In this document: positions 25,585 to 38,547 of the stretch, in pieces | Numbering within the stretch: position 1 is the first letter of the stretch | Layout of the letters: every line of letters begins with the position of its first letter | Assembly (NCBI RefSeq): GCF_030684315.1 | Contig: NC_081396.1 | Location: 5,332,001 to 5,396,000, forward strand | DNA length: 64,000 bases | Reading direction: 5' to 3' | From: Stegostoma tigrinum | Taxonomy: Eukaryota | Notes under the pieces: generated by a model | Database searches by the model: none | The model's input: the letters and a program-made list of their open reading frames with translations, nothing else | Told to the model about the DNA's origin: nothing | Program-made: the position numbers and the translations under genes

Positions 25585-25845
25585 CCTGCTGTGTGGAAAC
25601 AGGCCATTGGGCCCAAAAAATATCCACCGACGTTCCAAGGAACATCACACTCGACTAATTCCCCTAACCCTGCATACCCCATGGCTAATCCACCTAACAC
25701 ACAGATCCCTGGACACCAGGGACTATTTACCATAACCTGTTCACCTAAATGGCACATTTTTTGACTAAAGGAGAAAGTAAAACCTCCAAAAAGAGCCGCC
25801 TGAGGCTAGGATTGAACCCCACTTGCTAAATTCTGTGAGGCAGCA
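25585..25845 (-). mobile_element. tRNA-derived SINE (HE1/V-SINE-like)
   Basis: Matches the copies at 43620-43908 and 48013-48316 (gctaatccacctaac..., tgaggctaggattgaaccc B-box). Confidence 0.7.
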
Positions 25846-28800
25846 GATATACAGACAGAAACCGTTCTTGCAGGTAACTGTTTTCATTCAAAGAAGTGCA
25901 TGTAATTGTGCTCTTTTCTAAAGTAGCAAATAGAAAGCATGAAACAGTGAATTATTCTGTTTCTTCACTGAACTGAAACTAAGGTACATGTTTGAACTTA
26001 ATTGACGCTCTCAAGACCCTGATGTGAAATAAAAGGGATACGTTTCACTTGTGTCAAGCAGCTGAAATGAGGAGTTTCAAGCATTTCATTAGTTTATAAT
26101 AAGTGATGGATGGCCCAGCACATAGCCCTTTCCATTTATTATCCAACTCTTGCTATTATTGGCGTCCTTGGCAAGATGAAAGATTCCAAATGTTTATTTT
26201 TAAGTGCACCAAAATCTTTTCCGCTCCATTTTAAAAGTGTTTGATTTTTTCTGGTATTCTCAACTGAATAAAATTCAACTGATGTTCCGATATATAAATA
26301 TGCATACGTTATATGATACTCGATTGTGCTGACTTGCAAAATGCAGCAAGATTATAATCAAACTGCTATTCTAAGCAAATTTAGAAGAATTGCTAATTGG
26401 ATTATTAACACGTGAATCATAATCTATGGGCATTGCCTAAATTCTATGCAATGCTGGAAACTACAAACTAATATTTTTGCTGTTACATAGAATAATCACT
26501 GTCATAATGTTCAATACTTTTACGCAGCGATTACATGTTATTTTCGACGAAAGGCATTAAAGATCCGTCGTTATTTTAAACAATCAAAGTATATCTAGTC
26601 ATTACTCAAGAGTGTTCAATAATATTTCCCGCAGCCAATTTGTTAGCGATCGTCATTTTATTACAATCATCATTGCTGGCTCTCTAGATTAACAGTCCAG
26701 CAATAATACCACGAGGCCATCTCCTCCACCCTGCCCTCTCCATTCCCAGATGAAGGCCAATCCTGGGAGGCAGGAGGGCGAGCATGGAATAACAGCTGAT
26801 TTAATTCGGACACAAACGGCCTCTTCAGTCAATAAATTAATCAGATATTTTAGAGATGAATATGAGCGAAGGGCGGTGGCGCCAAAAGCTACGGATGGAC
26901 GACTTTCAACATTGAAAACCCATCAACCTCATCAATAAGACTCATCTGAAACATTCAAAGCGAAGATTTTTTCCCTTAGGAGATGCTGTGTAATATCAAA
27001 ACCAGCATAAATTGGCCAAATACATCTCTGTGTGCCATTGTGCCAGTGAAAATTTGTTAATTTTCAAACAGTGTACACGGAGACTACTGAAACTCCCCAA
27101 TGTTTTCTTCTTTTTTTGCCTTAACTCTGAGTTTTTATTTTGACTGTTGGGCAATAATTTGAAAGGTTATACAAAAGAGAGTTGGAGAAGGATAAGTAAA
27201 TTTGCGTAAATTTCAAGTTATTTGAAAAGAGCTGGCATAGACAGGATGGGCAGAATGATCTCCTAATGTGCTGTGCTTTTTCACTGCTTCATTGTATATC
27301 AGTTTTCTACCAGAATTCCTGACGACTCCAGCCAAATTCTATTTCGTCGAACAAAAGTGCTGTCTAACTGCACTGATTAAAGGCCTAACTAGGGCCCCTT
27401 TTCTGCTCCCTTTAGTGAAGTGTTTCTGTAATGCAGTATTTATCATATTCACCTCATAGGCAAAAACTAAGGCATTTCAAATTGGACATTAAAACAACTT
27501 AACACTATTGCTAACAACGTTTAAGTCAGTACATGCACCTTTGCCTTCCATGACCGTGTGGCTCTTGACGGCCATCAAAACTGAATACTTTTGGAAATCT
27601 TTTCTCCGTTTTCAGCCACTACTTCTGTTATCTGATAGCCATTGAGGACTGGCTGACTCGGTGGTCTGTCCAGCAGTCATTAACAACAATTATCATTTTG
27701 TTATGTACATCCTTTTCATCCAGACAATCCCTCCAAGGCCACTGAGCCCAACGAGTCCAATCTAATCCTTTCCAAAATCTCAGCTGGCAACGTATTAGGA
27801 TGCCTGAGCTCTCAATACCAAAGTGAATCATCATTGCCCAGTTCAAGGAACGTCCTTGAATGTCAGATGGGGGAAACGCCTTCCATTAAGAAATCAATGT
27901 ACATGTCAATACGTGGGAGAGCCTCATTCAGGAGAAACCAGCCCGAATCGTACTTTTTTCGAACTGATACAACATTTTGAAGGACCCGCCTCCAAGTCAA
28001 AGGAGGGAGAGGAGCCCGAGAAAGACATACAAACAATTTCATGGCCAAGGACCAATTCCACCACCAAAGCATCTTGCAATTGCTTGATTATAATTGTGGA
28101 TCTTAAATCTGGCTCATCAGCCACACAAGAACCCGTATAAAACGTGATATGGAACCTCTTAGGTAGAAAACCAAATCTGTGAACGAAGATTTTGAGAAGA
28201 AAGACCAGTTTAAACATGTTGCATACTGGACTCTGGCGAGGTAGGAGACTAATTTAAAACCTGCGGAATAGTAGTCAGATGTGCTTTCCATTGAACCACT
28301 TGTCCATTCAGAGCTTTAACTTACGTCGTGCAGGATTATGGCATTAATAGGACCATGAGCGGGAACGTTAAATTCCACAATGTGAACAACCAATTAAGGT
28401 AATAACCATAACTGTCTCAACACAACTACCAAATGTGTTGCATTTTTTCTGGAAACCAAAGCATCGTTGTCCTCAGGTGGGTATTTCTGGTTTGCCTCTT
28501 TCTATGATGGAACTTTCTATCATTTCATTCATAGTCATTCCTTCTTTTATTATTCGTTCCAGCAGAATGTATTTCATGCCGAGTAAAAGGTCTTTTGGAG
28601 TCAAAATCTTGAAAATATTCAACGAGAAGCTTCTGGCCATTTCTACTCCAGGATGATGAATCAGATGAGTTTAACAACGCCTGTTATTTGCATTGCCCAT
28701 TTACTACAGCTCAGCCCCTCAAAGCAGTCCTCTGTTAGCAGTAACCTGCCTAGTCCCTTCTTGCAGTACATCCACTGAACAGATTATCACAGGTCCACTT

Positions 28801-30903
28801 TCTGCACATTGAAACACACGGCGTTATTATAAACTGTTTCAAACTTTATTGCTGTGCACAATATTGAAAGGTGATTGTTACTGGAAATAATTGGCACTGC
28901 ACATTTCTGCAGTCAGTGTCTGGGCGAATCAGATTGATGAACTCCTGGTGTGTCTTTAAGAAGATGTATACAAACGCATCACAACTCAATACCTTTTGTC
29001 TTAACTTCCGTGGTCCTGCTTTACAGGCTCTCACTGAGAAATATTGGAACAAAATAATACGAGCCATTTTGATCAAGTGATTAATGCAAAGGATGGAATG
29101 AGGTGCACACCTCTGTGGTGGCGGGGCTCAGTTTGTTAAAGTAAACAGGAAATCTTGCCTTGAAATCACAGCAGTTCGAGTACATCCTTTAAAGATCCAA
29201 CCATGGATTTGATGATGCCTGAGATAAAATTGTCCCAGTACACCCAAGCGAGGAGTGAATATAATGTCACTGAAATTGGCCATCAGATTGGGATGGAGAA
29301 TGTTGGTTCAGAAGTAACTGTTCTACGGTGGAATATTGACCTTCCAAAAGAATGAGGGCACTTATCCACAGTATACTGGAAAATATAGTCAACAGTAATA
29401 GCAGACTCTTAAGAAAATGATTTGTGACTGACAACAAAGACATCATAGTGAGGAAGAATGATTTTAGTAAGGGGTTAAACTAACCACGTTTAAGTCAGGA
29501 ACTTAAAGACAATTTTCTTTGCTTTAAAATGTACATGCAGAGACATACAATACCAGGAAGTGGGCTAGGAAAGAATTTTCTTTTTTAAAAAGAAAAAGAA
29601 TGGTGTAAGTATACTGCAAAACAAAACAAAACTCCGTCTACTTGTTTAACAAGGCAGTAGCTTCCAGTGTGCACTTAACAGGTTGAATAATGGAAGATGG
29701 AGAGAGAGAGGCGCCAAACCGGTAATGCTGTTTTCATTCCAGGTTCAATGCCACAATTAAAACAGCAGAACAATGATTATGAGAGCTCTACACAGCCAAC
29801 AAATACACAACCTGGTTCCTGAGGGATCTGAACGTAAAAATGAAATATCTGAATGTCACTTTTCAATGAATACAAAACAAATGGAGGGGAATGGCTTTAT
29901 TGTTGGACAAACTCGTGCTCAAGGGTAACATGAGTTCAGTGATAATCAGGTGAAGTAATCATCAGAATTATTCACATAACACTTATTTTTGCAGATAACG
30001 GAGAGCGTAAATTATTTTTTATTTATCTGAACTCTAGGCTTCCATGTCAATTCAATTCTTATAGTTTTACTGTTTCAATACATTCGCTCAACGTCTCCTT
30101 CAGCAGTGCCATCAAAAACTACAAAGCCTCCTAACTGTAAGAAAAGTTAAAAAAAACTATTTCACTACCAGACGCTGCAATTTCCTCTCCAAAGCACACC
30201 CCAACATATTTGAACTTTATCACGTTCTTGACCAGTAGCCAGGTCAAAATCATAGTGTTTTTTTTCCCAAAAACGTTGGGGTGTACTTTCGCCAGACTGG
30301 CAGTTGTTGACATTGTGGTAACGTCACTGGCTTCACAATTCAAGTTATCAGATTAAGTGTTAGAGTTCATGGATCCCATCATTTCATATGCAGCGGTTTG
30401 GCCTGATATTCGCAAAATATTGAGTCAAAGCTAAATGTGTAGAAATGACCATGAAAGTCTCATTGGTATGCTTAAATAATGCCTTACGCAACTGCAGCGA
30501 ATTCCTTGAACCATTAGTCAAAGTACCTAACAATGAAGGCAATGTTGCCAATATGTTACCTCATCCAAATATATGAATGGTGAATATCTAGGGTTGCTAA
30601 ATTTCTAAACGAACCATTTCCCTAACATTTTACCGAGTTAGACAGATATTTAATCAAAAAGACAGTCAAGGATCATGTTAGCAAGGCAATAAGATGGATT
30701 TCAAGATCTTCAAATCATCTGTAATCCTGTTGAAAAACAGAGTCTAGATGGACTAAATGGCCAATTTCTGTTCGTACATCTACACTCTCTTGCGCTCTGA
30801 TGATTATTGATGAAATTCTACTCGTCATGAATTGTCATGAAAATTTAACTCTCTGTGTGCCTTCAGAGTTGCTCCTGCTGCTTGTTCGTATTTCATGCTA
30901 TCA

Positions 30904-30917
30904 CCGCCCTCTGGTGG
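30904..30917 (-). promoter_or_regulatory. CTCF-binding motif
   Basis: Minus strand CCACCAGAGGGCGG matches the CCASYAGRKGGCRS core and is outside recognisable repeats. Confidence 0.65.
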
Positions 30918-30964
30918 CAGCCGGTTATAATTAATTTTTACCACATTCAGAGAAAATTGGCAAC

Positions 30965-31470
30965 TTAGAGCCATAAAGTCACAGAAATGTGCAGCAAGGA
31001 AAGAGTCCATTTGGCCCAATTCGCCCATAATGATTCGATATCCGAAACAAATCTAGGCCCATTTGAAAACATTTGGCCCATATTTAAGACAGTCAATCCT
31101 ATTCACATACCCATCAAAATGCACTTTTAATGTTGTAATTGTACCAGCCTCCACCACTTCACATCACAGCTCACATATAAGCCCAGTCACCTGCTTTAAA
31201 ATTTGCCCTCAAGGTCCCTTTTAATTCTTTCCTCTTTCAAATTAAACCTATGTCCTCTAGTTTTTGACTCCCCCATCGTGGGGAAACAGTCTTCTGTATT
31301 CACACTATCCATGCTCTCATGATTTTATAAACTTCTATAAGGTCACCTGTCACGCTCCGACGCTACATGGAAGACCGTCTCAGCCAATTCAGCCTCTTAA
31401 TCGAGCTCATCTATTCAATTCTGGCAACATCCTCATGAATCTTTTGACAATGTGTTCTGCTTTAATACCG
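30965..31470 (-). mobile_element. CR1 LINE 3' end fragment
   Basis: Reverse complement of the CR1 3' region (compare 20200-20640). Confidence 0.7.
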
Positions 31471-32412
31471 TAGTCATTTACTATACGGGCATGCATTTAC
31501 TAAGCAATTGCTTTGTGATGGAATTCATATCCTTTCGGCATTTTAAATGAATTCAACAGACAAAGTGTAATGCACAAAGTGGAGAGAATGTCTGTGGTAG
31601 AGTTCAGCTGACGGCAATTATTGAAAAGAATTTCATTGTCACATAGTCAGCACAATATGATGGGTCGAACGGCCTGCTTCTGTGCTGTACAGTTCCGTGA
31701 CTGACAACAACTGCAGGTTCAATTTCTTGACTGAATCAACAAGAAATTATGATGTTATTGGCATCGGTCCAGATGTGAACTGCTGGCAAAGAATGAACTA
31801 ATTTCCATAGATGTATAAAAATGCACATTAAAAATCAGCCTAACAGCAGAAGCCTCCTGTGATAGAGACGTTTACTGGTGGCACTGACTCATTAATTAGT
31901 CGACATGAAATGTCTTTAATTGCTTAGTATTGTTCAAATGTGAATTACTCCACAATTTCTTATAAAATTTTAACCATGTCTGCATGATCCTGGACTACCA
32001 AATCGATCACTCACCATTCTGGGCCTACAAATATGAAGGTAGCGAGGCACTATTCAATAACCCCACCAAGTGTTTGACATTGTTCGAGCTGAACCACTGT
32101 TTCATTATTAAAATCATGTCACTGTCTCTCAAACGTGTGTTTAATCTAAATTGGTTGCTACAATTTCTACACCATATCAACACTGAAAATTTGAAACATT
32201 TTGGGACACTTAAAAAAGTATTATATATACTTTGTTTTTTACATTCTCTGAACTGATGGTATTAGTTTATTTTAGTAACAGGTTATTAATGATCAAAGGT
32301 TTGTGTTCGAATGAGAGGCATGAGGTATCAGCCTGAATTCGGGAACTACTTCAGATCCGGCTGTGCCCTCCATGTATTCTTAACGCACTGTCATGTTCAC
32401 TGGCTCACTGAC

Positions 32413-32451
32413 AGTTTTTGAATGGGGTCAGCCCAGTTCTGAATCTCTGTG
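32413..32451 (-). other. 23-RSS of the minus-strand TCR alpha/delta V
   Basis: Minus strand CACAGAG-23-TCAAAAACT. Confidence 0.9.
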
Positions 32452-32758
32452 GGGTTCAGTGCACAGTGATACATCGCGGAGTCTGTAAGTTCTGTGTTCA
32501 ACACTTTCAGGTGGATAGTCCGGTTCACATGATCAAACTCTGAGGAAAACCTGTCTCCTGGATGTCTCTCTGTTTCCTTGATATATTGGTTTCTCTTCAG
32601 CACATACTCCATGGAGCCACTGGAATGCTTCCGGTACCAGAACAAGTAAGCACTGCTGCTTGATGTAGTTGTGTAATTACAGAATAACACGACATCTTCC
32701 CCTTCATTCACTGTGATTGCAGCCGGTGTTTGTGAGACAGAATCTGCACGACAAAGTC
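32452..32758 (-). CDS. TCR alpha/delta variable segment, V exon (open frame, apparently functional)
   Basis: After the acceptor ttacag, phase 1: GLCRADSVSQTPAAITVNEGEDVVLFCNYTTTSSSAYLFWYRKHSSGSMEYVLKRNQYIKETERHPGDRFSSEFDHVNRTIHLKVLNTELTDSAMYHCALNP. Cys23, Trp41 and Cys104 are present and a 23-RSS follows. Confidence 0.95.
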
Positions 32759-33177
32759 CTGTAACAATCAGGAGAGACAGTAAATTTGAAAAGTCACCTC
32801 ATTATTCTTATCTCCCAGAATCAGTCCATTTATCTTGAACAAAAACCTGTGAAATAACGTACAAAAAGCTAAACAAGAATCTATTTCATATAACTTAGCG
32901 ACTGGGACCCGGAAGGGCTTCTACAGGTGAGATAAAATGTCCACTGATACACAGGCCACAACTTGTAACGAGGTGAATTTCCATTTCACCTCCAAATTTG
33001 AAGGTAAAAAAATGAAAACACATGCGGACCTCAAAAGCACAGCCCTTACCACGGCGTCTCAGCGGCCTGAGTCCCGTCTGGATTCAAGCCAAACTCTTCC
33101 ACTGTCATTCATTCTGGTATGTTCGCTAATTTCTGCCTGACTATTAAGGACAACTTAAGACCCAGATTCCTCCCCCT

Positions 33178-33510
33178 TTATTCACTGAGGGAACAAGGGT
33201 GTTGCTCACTAGGCAGAATTACCCCGGGTCAGTTTAAAATCAACCATATTGCTGTGGCTCTGGAGTCATGTATAGGCTAGACCAGTTAAGGATGACAGTT
33301 TCACTCCCTAAAGGACATCAGTGAATCAGATTTTTTTTTCTCCCCAAAAGTCGACAAGAGATGCATGGCCATCATCAAATTCTGAACTCCATGTCTTGTA
33401 TGAGCTCAAATTCCACTATCTGCTGTGACGGGATTTGAACCCAGGTCGTGGATATTTTCTGGGTGCCTTGAATTAACAGTCAAATAATAATACATCTAAG
33501 CCATTGCTCC
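33178..33510 (-). mobile_element. tRNA-derived SINE (second family) in the leader-V intron
   Basis: Same sequence family as 38548-38872 (caaccatattgctgtgg..ggagtca..., gggatttgaacccagg). Confidence 0.75.
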
Positions 33511-33650
33511 CCGCCCACTCCCCACGAACCCCCTCCCCCCGTTGTCATCAACAGAGAATATGTTGCTGCCTCTGTTTTCTATCATTGCCTGAGTAAATGT
33601 AATTCCTGGCAAAGATCTGAAGTAGAAAGTTCCACAAGTTGTGAACCTAC

Positions 33651-33702
33651 CAGCTAAAAGAGTTGCAGATGTGAGGAATAAACACACAGTTCCAGCCGAC
33701 AT
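33651..33702 (-). CDS. Leader exon of the V at 32452-32758
   Basis: 52-nt exon ATG...GCT G|GTAGGT = MSAGTVCLFLTSATLLA. It is phase 1 and splices in frame to give MSAGTVCLFLTSATLLAGLCRA-DSVSQ, across an 892-bp intron. Confidence 0.82.
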
Positions 33703-34412
33703 GCTTGCAGAGAGATCACGGTGAACTTGTGCTGAACTGATCGAAGCTAAAAGGTTTTTTTGTCAAGAATTCAGAACAGGTTGGGTAATTTCCGGATCTT
33801 ATTGGTTCATTGTTGGAAAACACATCAGATGACAGCCAATGAAGTTCAAGCTCCTTTACTCTTAAATTTGAGGAAGCAGTTTCAAGCTGCTATGAGCCAC
33901 ACTTCAAATCCTAGCTGTTGTGAGAAAGGAACAAAGCTCTGAAAAAAAGGATCCCTGGACCTGAAACTTTGACTCTGCTTTCTCTACACACATAATGCCA
34001 GATCTGCTGAGTTTCTCCAGTAATTTTCGTTTTTGTTTAAGATTTCCAGCAGCTGCAGTTCTTCACTTGTTGTTTAAAGATCAAAGTGAATTTGTTCAAA
34101 CGACAGCAGGGTCATGGACAGCATTTAAACAAACTGTTGCCTCTTAAGGGTTATTATTTCTGTAGGCAAAGCCAGAGAGGAAAAGTAGTTCATGTTGTTC
34201 AAGTATCATAACTGGAGTTCCCTATTTAATAGCGCTTCTCTCTGATTATGAGAAGTCCTTGCAAATGATGTGGAGGGTCAGGGAGTCTGAGAGGTTTCAA
34301 TAAAATAATTAGGTAAATAATGAAATAAATGAATGAATAAGCAGAGTTTCAATGAATGTTCCGCTCGATTCGATCGTTCCTTCCACTGCATTTGCTGGTA
34401 AGTTTCATTAGG

Positions 34413-34668
34413 GGGCATGGGGACTCCATGGTTAACACCGCTGCCACACTGTACAAGGAATGCAGGTTTGGTTCCACACTCAGGCGGCTACATCTATGGA
34501 TTTTGCGCTCTCTTTCTCTGCCGTAGGTATTCTAGTATTTGTCCACAGGTCAAAGATGTGTAGCCTCGGTGGATGAGACGTGGAAAACGCCAAGGCAAAA
34601 GATAGCGTGGGATACTTTTTGGAGGGTTTTTGTAGACTGGACCGGCTGTAGAAATTCTACATTCTACA
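34413..34668 (+). mobile_element. Decayed HE1/V-SINE-like element
   Basis: tRNA-like head (ggcatggggactccatggttaacaccgctgccacac...caggtttggttcc) and body cacaggtcaaagatgtgtag. Confidence 0.6.
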
Positions 34669-35533
34669 TTGCCAAAAGCTGTTTTTTTTTAATTAATATT
34701 GCATCATAGTAAATGCAGATCATGCCTCTCTATGATGCAAAAACTTGGCTCACCATCACATTTCCATGCACTACTGGAGAAGAATGTCACCAATGATTGT
34801 AGGACCCAATCATGGACAACAGATCTATCATAGAAAATAAAAGACATTGAGGAAAAATGTCCCTTGTCTGAATGGGAATGCTGAGACATCGGAGATTTAT
34901 GGTAACATATCATGGAAATCCTGGCTGAAGGATTTACAGGTGAAGCAAAATATAAGGGGGAAGGCAAGTGTGAGAGTGACACAAAGAACCTCTGAGTAGA
35001 CAATAATATAGACTATTTTAGTGACTGCGATTGTCACACCCTGTAGCCAGACGTCTAGGAGTTTTTGCTGCCAGGAAATTAACAATTTATGGATGTGCAA
35101 TACCACAGAATGAATTTTAATGAAGCGTTCTTGAAATGATTAGACTGTGTGACTACTGATGTTGAAGGTAAGTCCACTAGCCTTCCTTCTTGTTTTATTT
35201 AACTGTAATTTAACCTGAACTTTAACCTCTGTGCATCATGCTTTTTTTCACTTTTTTGACTTTGTCCTTCAACAGTTTCTGAACATTCTGACCTCTACAG
35301 TTTTTATACTGTTTTTCTCCGCTCTCTCTTGTCTCCTTCAACGTTTCCAGCCTGCAAATCTATTGTTACTACGCCTCCATCCACATATTCAACTATCTTC
35401 ACTTATGACCAACTTTAGTTGTTCCATATTTTCTGTTGTATTTTGCTCTGTTTGACTTACCTCAGATTTTTGAGTCTGGAGTGAGTAACACTGATACTTC
35501 AAAATCATCACAGCGGAATTCCCACACTGTGCA

Positions 35534-35846
35534 GGTTTTGGTACGAAACCTCTCTTTGTTTGTGGCACTGACAGTTCATTGGTGCAGAGGTAGGTGGCGT
35601 TTGTCATCAATTCTGCTATCTTTCACAGTCAAGGAACTGAATTTGTAGCCTCCACTGATTGAAGTGATTATCCACTCTAGCTGATCGGCTTCTCTTTATG
35701 TTATCACCAAATGCTGGGGGAGCTGATTCGGGAGCTGACTGTAGCAATGCATAATGGTAGATTTAGTGGTGATCAAGCAATTCAAAAACACAATTTCCAC
35801 TTCGTGGACAACGATCCGTGGAGGAAGTTGCATTCTCCAGTCACAT
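35534..35846 (-). pseudogene. TCR alpha/delta V pseudogene (exon 35573-35846) with broken 23-RSS
   Basis: Minus strand QLPPRIVVHEVEIVFLNCLITTKSTIMHCYSQLPNQLPQHLVIT*READQLEWIITSISGGYKFSSLTVKDSRIDD/NATYLCTNE. Trp41 is Cys, with a stop and frameshifts. RSS is GTCAGTG-23-ACCAAAACC. Confidence 0.88.
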
Positions 35847-36719
35847 CTAAAGAGTTCAGAGTGGAAAACAACGAGAGGGCTCTAAATTTGGAACATTATC
35901 AGTTTATAAGAACGGTCAATGAAAACAATTTTACACAGACCTCTGTTGATGACCCGGAGATAGATACCATATTTATAAGAGTAAACAGCTTGAGTAATGA
36001 CCCCTTCATGTCTAAATCACAGCCGCCTTCTTGTTGAAGTTGCATAAGGGCCATAGTTATGACATTTATTTCTGTAACAAGCCTCTCACACTGACAACTG
36101 CTCACACTGTCCGCGAGGTCACTCTTCCTCAAGCCTGTATCTTTAATATTTATTACTGGTTCGCATTGGCATCTAGAAACTTAGAGAAATAATTACAATG
36201 TCCAAATTCTCACACAAATTGCAATTCACTGGATACTTCCCAATGAAAAAAGTTGTGTCCTCCTTCCCGGTATAACACCGTGAACGTGTGAGACTCAGCA
36301 TTTCAACTTCATTTGCCCCATCCAATGATTTTAGATATTTGTACCATATTGTAATCAAACCTGTAGTCCACCCTGTGATCACTGTCAGGCTCATGATAGA
36401 AACGTCTCCACATAAATCGAAAAACATCAATTTGTACTTTAAAACTGTGTGAATCCTCAGAAAGAATTGAATATTTATTTCATTGTGAATAGTTATTTCT
36501 GTAATGAACAACATTCCCATGGGAAGAGCAAAACAGTAAATCATTCTGTGGGACCTGTATGAATTCACTTTCTTTCTCTGCCCCTCTATTTTTCACACAC
36601 AAACATAGACTCAGTAATTTCCTTCGACTAATGAGTATAATACATTCTTTATAGTGATGACGATAAGCAAGTAAAATCGAACAAATTTGGTGTAGAGTTG
36701 GAGGAATGAATTAGAATAC

Positions 36720-37352
36720 AGTAAGACGATAATATATAGGAGAAGACTTGGGCCATTCGGGTTATCGAGTCTGTTTCGCTATTTGATCCTGGCCGATATG
36801 TTTCTCGGCCCCATTCACTTGCCATCTCCTCTTAACACTTCATTCATTTACTGGCCAATAACAAATCTCTTTCTGTCCTAAATATACTAAATGTCTTGGC
36901 CCCCACAACCTTTTGTAGCAATGAGTTCCGCAGATTCACAACTGACTGGCTGGAGAAATTCTCCTTCATCTCAGTTCTAACGGATTGTCCCTTTAGCCCG
37001 AGGCTGTCCCCACGGGTCCCTGTCTCTTCTGCTATTGGAAACATTTTCTCCACGTCCACTTTATCCAAGACACTCAGAAAGCTGTAAGTTTCAATTACAT
37101 CCCCATTATCCTTCTAAACAACATTGCTTTTAGACCGAGAGGCCTGAAGCACCCTTCATAATTCTTGCATCCCTGGGATCATTCGTGTAAATGCCCTCTC
37201 AGGCCAAGACATCCTTCTATCGACACGGGGCCGAAAATGTTTAGAATATTCCACTCGCTCTCTGACTGGATCCTTACACTGACTCGTGAATGCATCCCTG
37301 TTCTTGCATTCTCGTCCTTTTAAAACGAATGCTAACATTGATATTGCCTTCC
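36720..37352 (-). mobile_element. CR1 LINE 3' fragment
   Basis: Minus-strand ORFs MLAFVLKGRECKNRD..., FTRMIPGMQEL and DKVDVEKMFPIAEETGTRGDSLGLKG. Confidence 0.85.
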
Positions 37353-38547
37353 AAGCTGCTGTATCATGAAAGTGAAAAGATTAATTCTTGTGCCTCATTT
37401 TCTGTGCTTCTTTTTGACTTTGTATCTGTATAATTCTATGTGTGAGATATTCTCTTTGTATTTCTGTCTGTGTTTGTGTTCTTTCTACTAGTTATGTCGA
37501 GATATATGTGTCTTGGTGTATGCACCTATTTATGCATTGCGGCCTGTGCGTATGATTCTGTCTGTGTCTGTGCATTCTATGTACGTCTATTGTTGTGTAT
37601 TTCTGTCTGAGTACATATGCATGCGTGAGTGTTTATTTCTGCACGCACAAGGAGATACTTGGGTGGAGGTTGAATGAATCAATAACAAAATGTGCCTCCC
37701 TGTTGCTTTCTTCTGATTAAAATAAGATAATATGACCAACTGCTGGAAAATCAATGCTACTGCGCAAGCGACTGTTTTTTGAGTAGGCATCATTTTATTT
37801 TGAGGGATGTTCATGGGATTTTTACTGTGTACTGCTTTCTGATTTTCAGGGAATTCTAAAACTAAGAAGCATTGCTTAAAAATATGAAGTCAACATTGAA
37901 GACAGCGTTGTGGGTAACAAATCTCTCAGGGCGCTGTGCATCATTGGAACTCACTTTTTCAAAAGGTTCCAGTTGAGCCAAGGCATCCACTCATTCCAAA
38001 TGAGATCATAGCAACTGAAGGATAGGTATGTGTAAAGCACTTTTGCTGATTGATGATATCCCAATGTGCTTTCCAGGAATGGAACTTTTTTTTTAAAGTT
38101 TAGACAGGCTTGTTTATGAAAAGGGAAAGCTGAGTTCAATGTCAGAGTTAAACATGCAGAGTTAGAGAGAGATCTCTTATGACAGTTGGCTTTCGAGGAT
38201 AATCTCAAAAGTTAAATACCTCTTCAAAATACTGTGAATCCCCCAGTTTAACAGACTTTTACATGCACGTTAACAGAAAGCGTGGGCCAGTTTTCTGCAC
38301 TTAACAAGAATCAGCATTTGTTACAAATGAGTATAATTGAGCAGAAACACATGATACGCTCTGTGAGATTTCTTCCTATCTGGCGTTCTTGTATAAAAAT
38401 TCACCACACTAAATTTCCTTTCGAATTGATATTGGCCGCTTCACCTTGTCTTTGAAGGTTCATCCACCACTGGGAGTAATACTTACCTTCACAAGCATAA
38501 TTACTCACTATTGATTCCCTGTCAGCTTCCTATTCTATCGTGCTCTT

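Noticed and set aside
32847-32889. Proximal 43-nt leader-like exon MK*ILV*LFVRYFT for the minus-strand V
   Set aside because: It has two in-frame stops and a poor donor (GTTTTT). The exon at 33651-33702 has an open hydrophobic frame and a strong donor.
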